Assembly (NCBI GenBank): GCA_045638905.1
Contig: JAZUCE010000015.1
Coordinates: 28,850-92,849 of the forward strand
Length of the DNA stretch: 64,000 nt
Reading direction: 5' to 3'
Source: Faecalimonas sp.
Lineage (GTDB): Bacteria > Bacillota > Clostridia > Lachnospirales > Lachnospiraceae
Part shown: piece by piece, positions 56,892-64,000 of the stretch
Position numbering within the stretch: position 1 is the stretch's first letter
Layout of the letters: each line of letters begins with the position of its first letter
The notes under the pieces: generated by a model
The model's database searches: none
What the model was told of the DNA's origin: nothing
Seen by the model: the letters and a program-made list of their open reading frames with translations, nothing else
Made by a program: the position numbers and the translations under genes

Positions 56892-58052
56892 TTATAGTCC
56901 ACTTATTTCAAAGAATTTTTGTAATTCCTTTCCATATTCTTCATCACCATTCTTATACTTTTGAATCTCTGATTTGATGTTTCCACGTCGTGTTTTTACA
57001 CTTCTCACTCCACGTAGCACCCATGCATATGGCAATAAAATTGGACATTTTCCTAACCACGGAAACATAGATTTCATGTTGGCATAATTAGGAAAGACTG
57101 CTTTCATTAAAAACTGAGTTTTGCCTTGTTTTGCAATGGAAACTGCAGCCGCATTCCTCTGTGTTCCAAATGTACCATTTGCTATAACATATGTAGCCAA
57201 TTTGTCTAGAAGCGGTCTATCTTCTTCTGCTGATGTTTCCTTCCCAAACCACTCTTCTGCTAGCTTCGATATATTTCCATAGAACTCCCTTAGCTGAAGT
57301 TGCTCTAGTTCACTCTCAACGTATTTCCAGTCCATGTCTTCTAAACCATTATAGACATAGACATCCATTATAAAACGAATACCAATTCCTCCATTTTGGA
57401 AATGTCTTGCCAGATGAATCAATGTGTAGATATATTCATCCTCCAGCGTCATTTCCTGAACATACTGGCAGTTTTCTTTTGGCTTTACACGTTCCCAGAT
57501 ATTCTCATAATAAGCTGTGTATGCCGAATCAGCCTCTACCAGCTCACGGTGCATTTCTACAGCAAGATATGGTCGTCGGGAATAGCAGTCATGCTGTCTT
57601 CCTTCAACATGTCCATCATACCCCAATTGCCTCATAATCTTCTTTACTTTTCCATTTTGTTGTGGCTGATATAGGATATCAATATCTCCCATGGTACGCA
57701 TGTCCGTCTGTGGATAATGTTCCTTGGTACATATCCCTTTTACAGCCAGCGCATAAATCTTTTCTTTTTCAAATGCTTCAAAAAGCTCTTTTACTCCTTC
57801 AATCTGGTTGTAATTACGAACGACACTATTCACAAAAGCTTTGTACAGAAGGTCGCACACATCCTTATCTGGCTTATGCTCTATCGGAATACAATCCACT
57901 CCATAATAGACAAAATTAAGTATGCTGTGCTCCTTGGCCAGTTGAATCAATCGATTCCAGTCCATATCTTTTGCCGGAACTTTCATTTTGCCCTGTTTGC
58001 TATTCAATATGTACTTTATAATCTCCAACAAATACTGACCTTCTTGTTTCAT
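56892..58052 (-). CDS. Nucleotidyltransferase family protein (NTP_transf_5-like)
   Basis: KG..YP..R.MGDIDIL, EMH and GGIGIRFIMD motifs. Confidence 0.88.
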   Translation of the reverse strand: MKQEGQYLLEIIKYILNSKQGKMKVPAKDMDWNRLIQLAKEHSILNFVYYGVDCIPIEHKPDKDVCDLLYKAFVNSVVRNYNQIEGVKELFEAFEKEKIYALAVKGICTKEHYPQTDMRTMGDIDILYQPQQNGKVKKIMRQLGYDGHVEGRQHDCYSRRPYLAVEMHRELVEADSAYTAYYENIWERVKPKENCQYVQEMTLEDEYIYTLIHLARHFQNGGIGIRFIMDVYVYNGLEDMDWKYVESELEQLQLREFYGNISKLAEEWFGKETSAEEDRPLLDKLATYVIANGTFGTQRNAAAVSIAKQGKTQFLMKAVFPNYANMKSMFPWLGKCPILLPYAWVLRGVRSVKTRRGNIKSEIQKYKNGDEEYGKELQKFFEISGL

Positions 58053-58109
58053 ACTTCATGAGCTCCATTTATTATTATGCACAGTTTATATGCACACTTT
58101 AACCAATTT

Positions 58110-58138
58110 ATTATACCTCTAAATATGTTTTTTTACAA
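58110..58138 (-). promoter_or_regulatory. Promoter for module A
   Basis: TTGTAA-17bp-TATAAT. Confidence 0.7.
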
Positions 58139-58233
58139 GAGCTCGACGGAGAAATGTGCAAGAAAAAACATCAATCAAAAATGTCAACCACAAACAAAAA
58201 CACCACCGCACTTCTCAGCGCGATGGCATCTTC

Positions 58234-58443
58234 CTAATCCTCTTTTAATTTCAGAATATCATTCGGTGTACATTCCAGATATGTACACATTCGTCCCAGA
58301 ATTGTCAGGTCAACTCTTCCAACCTTATTTTTGCAGTAATTATTTAGCTGTGTCCTTTGCAGACAGCATTCGATGCATAGGCGATTCTTACTGACCTTCT
58401 TTTCTCTTAATACCTGTTCCAAATCAATGTAGATATAGCTCAT
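58234..58443 (-). CDS. Small XRE/HTH_26 transcriptional regulator
   Basis: GGGAGG RBS; SKNRL...RTQL..YC and L..MC.YL.C.P.DIL pattern. Confidence 0.85.
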   Translation of the reverse strand: MSYIYIDLEQVLREKKVSKNRLCIECCLQRTQLNNYCKNKVGRVDLTILGRMCTYLECTPNDILKLKED

Positions 58444-58519
58444 ATCTTCATCCTCCCTTTTTCCTATATCGTATCGAAAAAAGGATTATATTGGTAAAAC
58501 AAGTGCCAATAGGACTTTT

Positions 58520-60571
58520 TTACGCTTCCATTTGTTTTCTCTGTTCTTCGTAAGCCTTTCCCTTATCCTCGCTTCCATGCTCTCCGGCAGGATGATAGGT
58601 CGGCACAATGGCTTCTACCAAGTCACGGATATTATCTTTGTTTTTATAACACGCCACCATCAAATCATTCAGCTGTATCAGGAATTTCTCCATATCAAAC
58701 GGAATCGGACATCCTATATGTATCAGTCGGTTCGGCGTATTCTTAAGTCCTTCCTCTGCCATCAGCTTCTCTTCATACAGCTTTTCTCCCGGGCGAAGTC
58801 CCGAATACTCAATCTTAATATCCACATCTGGTTTAAAGCCTGATAGTTTAATCAGGTTTCTTGCAAGTGTATCAATCTTCACCGGTGACCCCATATCCAG
58901 AACAAAGATTTCCCCTCCGTCCGCATAGGTTCCTGCCAAAAGGACCAGTCTTACAGCCTCCGGAATAGTCATAAAATAACGAATAATGTCCGGGTGTGTA
59001 ACTGTAACCGGACCACCTTTTTCTATCTGTTTCTTAAACAGCGGAATCACGGAACCGTTGCTTCCAAGTACGTTTCCAAAACGAACTGCCACGAACTCCG
59101 TCTGCGACATGATATCATCTGGGCTTAGCACAATTTTATCATCATCGTCCTCTGCATGGGCAAAGATTTCCGGTAGTTCATGAGCCCGTCCTTCCTTTAC
59201 CATGTAGTCAAAGGTTTGAATAATCATTTCACAAAGGCGCTTACTTGCCCCCATAATATTGGTCGGATTCACTGCCTTATCCGTGGAAATAAGCACAAAT
59301 CTCCGGCATCCGTTTCGCATTGCAGCATATGCTGTTTTATATGTACCAATGGCATTATTCTTAATCGCTTCATTCGGACTGGTTTCCATTAATGGCACAT
59401 GCTTGTGAGCTGCGGCATGGTAAACCACATCCGGCTTATATGTCTCAAACACCTGATAGATTCTTCTGCTGTCACGCACAGAGCCAATCAAAACCACCAA
59501 ATTCAATTCCGGATAGTTGGTTTTGAGTTCTTGCTGAAGCTCATAGATATTGTTCTCATATACATCAAACAGCACTAACTGCTCCGGTTCATGTTCTGCT
59601 ACCTGCTGTGCAATCACACTGCCGATACTTCCGCCTGCTCCGGTAATAAGTACCTTTTTCCCGTGAATAAACCGGAACACCTGCTCCATGTCGGCTTCGA
59701 TTGGCGGACGCCCAAGTAAATCTTCCACCGTAACATTCTGCATCTTACTTATGGACACTTCACCGGTTACCATTTGGTAAATACCCGGGAGTGTCTTCAG
59801 CTCACATCCACTTTCCTTACAGATGTTCAGTATTTCCCTTTTATTCTCCGCGCTTGCACTTGGGATAGCATACAAAATACGATCGATATGATATTTTTTT
59901 ACGCTTGCCAGTATATCGTCACGATTCCCTACAACCGGTACACCATCAATGTAGCGCCCCCATTTATTCGGATTATCATCAATAATGCAACAAACATTTG
60001 CACTGAGCTCCCTGCTCATATGCAATTCACGCAGTATGGTCTGTCCGGCCTTCCCTGCACCGATAATCATAATATTGGTTGCGGATGCTTCATGAGTTCT
60101 TCTCTCCTGCAGACTTCGCAGCTTTAAAATCAAGCGATAGGAGAATCGTATGCCGAGCACTGCAAAAAATTGTAATACAATTCCAAACACGTAGTAAGAA
60201 ATCGGCATTCTTGTAAACAATACGGTTATACCAACTACTTGGATAACTCCGGTAATCATGGTGGCCATTGCCACGCGGATTAATTCGGTATAGCTTGCAA
60301 ACCGCCAGATACTTTTATATAAACGTAATCTCCAGAATACCAAGATACTGACAACTGTGTATATCGGTGCAAACTTCAGATACGCATAGAGATAATGGGA
60401 ATATTCCTCAAACATCTGCGACAACGAGCAATCGAAGCGAAGCCACATTGCCAAAAAAAATGCTGCATTAACAGCGAATATATCATACAGCACTAAGCCT
60501 AGATTAATCAGTTGCCAATGAGCAATTCTCGGTTTTCTGTATTTTGGTGTTGTATTTTCCTTCATAAACAC
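58520..60571 (-). CDS. capD: CapD/PglF membrane-bound UDP-GlcNAc 4,6-dehydratase
   Basis: N-terminal TM segments; TGAGGSIGS, AAAHKHVP, STDKAVNP, RFGNVLGSNGS and RPGEKLYEE motifs. Confidence 0.95.
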   Translation of the reverse strand: MFMKENTTPKYRKPRIAHWQLINLGLVLYDIFAVNAAFFLAMWLRFDCSLSQMFEEYSHYLYAYLKFAPIYTVVSILVFWRLRLYKSIWRFASYTELIRVAMATMITGVIQVVGITVLFTRMPISYYVFGIVLQFFAVLGIRFSYRLILKLRSLQERRTHEASATNIMIIGAGKAGQTILRELHMSRELSANVCCIIDDNPNKWGRYIDGVPVVGNRDDILASVKKYHIDRILYAIPSASAENKREILNICKESGCELKTLPGIYQMVTGEVSISKMQNVTVEDLLGRPPIEADMEQVFRFIHGKKVLITGAGGSIGSVIAQQVAEHEPEQLVLFDVYENNIYELQQELKTNYPELNLVVLIGSVRDSRRIYQVFETYKPDVVYHAAAHKHVPLMETSPNEAIKNNAIGTYKTAYAAMRNGCRRFVLISTDKAVNPTNIMGASKRLCEMIIQTFDYMVKEGRAHELPEIFAHAEDDDDKIVLSPDDIMSQTEFVAVRFGNVLGSNGSVIPLFKKQIEKGGPVTVTHPDIIRYFMTIPEAVRLVLLAGTYADGGEIFVLDMGSPVKIDTLARNLIKLSGFKPDVDIKIEYSGLRPGEKLYEEKLMAEEGLKNTPNRLIHIGCPIPFDMEKFLIQLNDLMVACYKNKDNIRDLVEAIVPTYHPAGEHGSEDKGKAYEEQRKQMEA

Positions 60572-60599
60572 TTCATTCCTTTTTACATTACTACTCTAT

Positions 60600-60628
60600 A
60601 GTATAACTTTTTTTTGCAAGAATTTCAA
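60600..60628 (-). promoter_or_regulatory. capD promoter
   Basis: TTGAAA-17bp-TATACT. Confidence 0.7.
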
Positions 60629-60632
60629 TACC

Positions 60633-60667
60633 AAAAACGACGCCAGAACAAATCTGACGTCGTCTTT
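60633..60667 (-). terminator. Rho-independent terminator after Rpn-like gene
   Basis: Minus-strand stem acgacgtcaga/tctggcgtcgt followed by T5. Confidence 0.8.
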
Positions 60668-60671
60668 CAGC

Positions 60672-61571
60672 TTATCTGACCATTGCTTCTATCTCTTCTA
60701 ATGGCATTTGCAAAATTTTTGAAATATCGGCAACACTATTGCCTGCACCGAAAAATTTCACCACAGTTTCTTTTATTCCCTGTGCCATTCCTTGTGCCAT
60801 TCCTTGTGCCATCCCTTGTGCCATCCCTTGTGCCATTCCCTCTTCCATGGCCCTTTGTTTTGCCTCCGTTATTTCAGGCTCCATCAACTCTCTCAAAGCT
60901 TCACACATTTTTCCTTCCTCCTTTACCATATCAAACATTTTTCTGTTTTCTTTTACCGCAATCTGCATGACAGAGTCACCATACATCTTTTCCTTTTTCG
61001 AAGTTAATTCTTCTATCTGCGAAACGATTCTCTTTGCATCTTTTTTCTCCAACTTACGACTTAACAGGGTTATCCATTTTTGACTCTCTTCAGATAACTT
61101 GCTCGACACTAATACCTGTGTCAAAAAGCAATTGTCTCTCTGTATATAATAGATACCTGGGTATGCTTCACTAATTTGATATCCGTTTTTCTCGAACCAG
61201 TGAAATAATTTTTTGGGTTGTCCTTCTCTTACCAATGTAATTGTTATTTCTTCAAGTTTAATCTCCCCTATATGTTCTTCATATGATTTGTATAGACATG
61301 CATAGGCCACGACCTTTAAATATGTATTCTCATTCATCGAATCATCTGGTGATTTGTACTCAATAATGTTGTGCTTGCAAAATATTCTTCCAATCTCGTT
61401 TTTTATTACTACATCTTTTTCTTTCTTTACAATCAGCAAATCCATTTGAAGCGGTTTTGTATTCAAATTATACTCATTTGTATACTCAAGATATTCTGCA
61501 TCTTCTCTTAATTCTAATTTTATTGCAGAACAAAATGCGGGGTGCCACTGTGTTTTTCGTTCATCTGTCAT
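60672..61571 (-). CDS. Rpn-like PD-(D/E)XK putative nuclease with repeat-containing C-terminus
   Basis: QWHPAF, PLQMDLLIVK and IIEYKSPDD motifs; (GMAQ)x5 followed by an HTH-like tail. Confidence 0.8.
   Translation of the reverse strand: MTDERKTQWHPAFCSAIKLELREDAEYLEYTNEYNLNTKPLQMDLLIVKKEKDVVIKNEIGRIFCKHNIIEYKSPDDSMNENTYLKVVAYACLYKSYEEHIGEIKLEEITITLVREGQPKKLFHWFEKNGYQISEAYPGIYYIQRDNCFLTQVLVSSKLSEESQKWITLLSRKLEKKDAKRIVSQIEELTSKKEKMYGDSVMQIAVKENRKMFDMVKEEGKMCEALRELMEPEITEAKQRAMEEGMAQGMAQGMAQGMAQGMAQGIKETVVKFFGAGNSVADISKILQMPLEEIEAMVR
60778..60837 (-). repeat. 5 x 12-bp coding tandem repeat (GMAQ)
   Basis: Plus-strand unit ccYtgtgccatY, five copies. Confidence 0.95.
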
Positions 61572-61640
61572 CTTTCCTCACTTTCCTGGCTCCTGAGACT
61601 GATGAACGACAAATTTTTACTTATGCCTGTATCTATCTAC

Positions 61641-61670
61641 AGTATACCATAATATTTTGTATTTTGTTAA
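61641..61670 (-). promoter_or_regulatory. Putative promoter of Rpn-like gene
   Basis: TTAACA-18bp-TATACT with TGn extension. Confidence 0.5.
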
Positions 61671-61842
61671 TCAAATTTGATTTTTTTGGCAGAAATGCCT
61701 TGAAATTAGATGCGCGCAACGGATATCGCGCAAAAAGATATCTCAAATATGATTGGATATGTCCTAGTATACTATAATTTTTTCTCGATAAGATATTTGT
61801 TTTGTTGATAACTTTTTTATTTTGTTGATAGTGTTGATAAAT

Positions 61843-61877
61843 AAAAACGGATTGGAGTTTCACCTTCAATCCGCCTT
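61843..61877 (-). terminator. Rho-independent terminator after DUF624 gene
   Basis: Minus-strand stem gcggattg/caatccgt followed by T5. Confidence 0.75.
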
Positions 61878-61890
61878 TATTTTACATTAT

Positions 61891-62544
61891 TTAATTATAA
61901 AATACTCTATTTCTCTCTTCTTCCGCCTCACGGTCTTCCTCTGTCATATATTTGCGGAAAACTCTTTCCAGAATGCGATTGGCAATTACCATGTAGATTG
62001 TCATCGAAAAGAAGGATAGCACCGGAACAAACATGCTAGCGACTATAACAGCCGCGAAAATCAGCAGCAACAAAATTGTCCAGCCAAAATTAGCAATTGC
62101 AATTAACATTGCGTTTTTAATCAATCTCTTTGTTCCAATGGAAAATCTAGCCATATATGGGTATGCATAAAGCATCCACATTGCTAAAACCATCAAAAAG
62201 GAGATCATAACAACTGCAAGAACACTTGACCCCGGAATCAAGTCCCCTGCTTTTCTTAAAATATAGCTGTCAAATAAGCTAATCAAAAGAACCAAAAGGT
62301 TCAATAACCACACAATGGTTGCTTGTTTAAAATTGGCTCTGAATCCGTGCCAATACTCTTTCCATGCGTAACCGCGATTATAACGGATAGATTTGTTAAC
62401 CGAATAATAAAGTGCTGCAGTAGCTGCACCAATTGTAAAAATAGGAATGGAACAAATTGTCCAAAAGAATCCCAAAATCATACAATCACAAATCTTTCCC
62501 AAACCTGTCATAAATGAATTATCATAACTAAAAAATCTGCCCAT
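61891..62544 (-). CDS. YesL/DUF624 family membrane protein
   Basis: CSIPIFTIGAATAALYY and F..NFKQAT motifs; AAGGAG RBS. Confidence 0.88.
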   Translation of the reverse strand: MGRFFSYDNSFMTGLGKICDCMILGFFWTICSIPIFTIGAATAALYYSVNKSIRYNRGYAWKEYWHGFRANFKQATIVWLLNLLVLLISLFDSYILRKAGDLIPGSSVLAVVMISFLMVLAMWMLYAYPYMARFSIGTKRLIKNAMLIAIANFGWTILLLLIFAAVIVASMFVPVLSFFSMTIYMVIANRILERVFRKYMTEEDREAEEERNRVFYN

Positions 62545-62557
62545 TTCTTTCTCCTTT

Positions 62558-64000
62558 TTATGCCCTCATTTGTGCACCGAATTTTTCTTCCAATGTTGCA
62601 ATTACCTTCTCAATCACAACATCTGTCATTTCATCTGTTACATCACACTCTGGTGATACAAGCTGAATCTTAAATGCCATACTCTTCTTATCTGCACCTA
62701 ATTTCTCACTTTCAAAGATATCAAACAGTGTTACTTTTTGAATGAATTTGTCGCACGAAGTAATCGCATCAATGGTATCACCACATGTAATCTTCTTATC
62801 AATTAATACGGAAATATCTCGACTATTGCCTTTAAATCCTGTTTCCGGTGTATATTTGATTGCTGTTTTGAAGAGCTCAGCTAATACACTGTAGTCGATT
62901 TCTGCAATAAAGATTTTCGTATCTGCTTTCTTTCCGCCGGCAATGTTCATATTGTCTACAATCTCATAACGAAGCTGTCCGAAATGTCCAATTTTCTCTC
63001 CCTTGCAGTAAACCTCTGCCGTTCTTCCCGGATGTAAGTACGGAACATCACCCTTTTTATAAGAAAAGCTCAAATCATTGTATGCTGCAAGACTTTCCAA
63101 TGTTTCTTTCATTGCAAAGAAATCTTCTTCTGCCCCGCATGCACCGATACATAAGATTTTCTTTTCCACAGGTGGCTCAACTAATGGCAATGCTTTTGGA
63201 AGATATACATTTGCCATCTCAAAGAAACGCATGCTTTCATTTCCGTTTTTAATATTGTTCTCCATCACTTTTACCATGGAAGGTGCCATAATGGTTCTCA
63301 TAATGCTCAAATTTTCTGTGATTGGATTTAATAATTCAACAACATTTCTTTCTTTTGCATCTTCCGGTATTAAGAACATGTCAAAATCTGTTTTTGCTGT
63401 CATGGCAATGGTCTGAATTTCAAAATATCCCTGTGAACATAGATATTCTTTTACAGAAAGCTCCTTCGCCTGATATCTGTTCAATCCACCATTGGTAACC
63501 TTTGCATCATCAAGGAAGGTAGGAATCACTTTGTCGTAGCCATATTCCCGGATAACTTCTTCGGCAATATCCTGATACCCCTCAATATCATCACGATATC
63601 GTGGAATTGCAAGTGTCATTTCTCCATCCTTTAACTCCACTTCAAATTGAAGTGCTGTAAGAATATTTACCATTTCCTCTTCTGGAACATCAATGCCAAG
63701 AACATTGTTTACCTGTTCAGCAGTTACTTTAATAACTCTCTTTTCTGTAGATGCGCCGCCGGATACATCAAAGTGAGTGGAACTGATTTTTGCCACGCCC
63801 AAGGTCTGTGCGAGGTTCAATGCTCTTGCCATACCACATTCCACGGTGTATTCGTCGATACCTTTTTCGAATCTTGCAGCCGCATCTGAGTGGAGTCCGA
63901 GACCTCTTGATGTTTTTCGAACACTGTCTTTTAGGAATTTTGCAGACTCAAATACAACTTCCTTCGTCTGCTCTGTAATTTCGCTGTTTAATCCGCCCAT
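62558..64000 (-). CDS. pheT: Phenylalanine-tRNA ligase beta subunit, 3' part (5' end outside window)
   Basis: RFEKG, R.DI...DIAEEV.R.YGY, LNPI...MR, LHPGRTA and FDX-ACB tail. Confidence 0.97.
   Translation of the reverse strand: MGGLNSEITEQTKEVVFESAKFLKDSVRKTSRGLGLHSDAAARFEKGIDEYTVECGMARALNLAQTLGVAKISSTHFDVSGGASTEKRVIKVTAEQVNNVLGIDVPEEEMVNILTALQFEVELKDGEMTLAIPRYRDDIEGYQDIAEEVIREYGYDKVIPTFLDDAKVTNGGLNRYQAKELSVKEYLCSQGYFEIQTIAMTAKTDFDMFLIPEDAKERNVVELLNPITENLSIMRTIMAPSMVKVMENNIKNGNESMRFFEMANVYLPKALPLVEPPVEKKILCIGACGAEEDFFAMKETLESLAAYNDLSFSYKKGDVPYLHPGRTAEVYCKGEKIGHFGQLRYEIVDNMNIAGGKKADTKIFIAEIDYSVLAELFKTAIKYTPETGFKGNSRDISVLIDKKITCGDTIDAITSCDKFIQKVTLFDIFESEKLGADKKSMAFKIQLVSPECDVTDEMTDVVIEKVIATLEEKFGAQMRA

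Noticed and set aside
61633-61869. 78-aa ORF and short palindromes (tgcgcgca, agatatct, tagtatacta) upstream of the Rpn-like gene
   Set aside because: The ORF starts inside a terminator and has no RBS; the palindromes are short and irregularly spaced.
246-63978. Numerous 60-200 aa ORFs antisense to or overlapping real genes (e.g. 913-1347, 7436-8008, 32584-33195, 52862-53314, 60739-61083)
   Set aside because: Shadow frames of well-supported genes, with no recognisable motifs.

Overview
Chromosomal window from a low-GC Firmicute. The gene content looks Clostridia/Lachnospiraceae-like, which is an inference. The left ~14.5 kb is mostly housekeeping: rseP (partial), dxr, cdsA, uppS, frr, pyrH, three hypotheticals, trkH/trkA, a stand-alone EF-G paralogue and tyrA. 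Between the EF-G paralogue and tyrA lies the best candidate for an undescribed system: a 260-aa PD-(D/E)XK/Vsr-like putative nuclease gene followed by ~330 bp of structured non-coding DNA (a 4 x 41-bp GC-rich tandem array fused to a 71-bp-periodic palindromic segment). From ~14.5 to ~61.6 kb is a ~47-kb minus-strand surface-polysaccharide region. It appears to be two stacked Wzx/Wzy modules, each with its own initiating transferase, polymerase, flippase and promoter. It also carries two near-identical fnlA/capE genes bracketing one module, a decayed GT10 fucosyltransferase, two Rpn-like genes with internal start sites, and several unusual tailoring enzymes. The right end holds a DUF624/YesL gene and the 3' part of pheT. 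I saw no rRNA, tRNA or CRISPR array. All calls come from reading motifs by eye; no database search was run.
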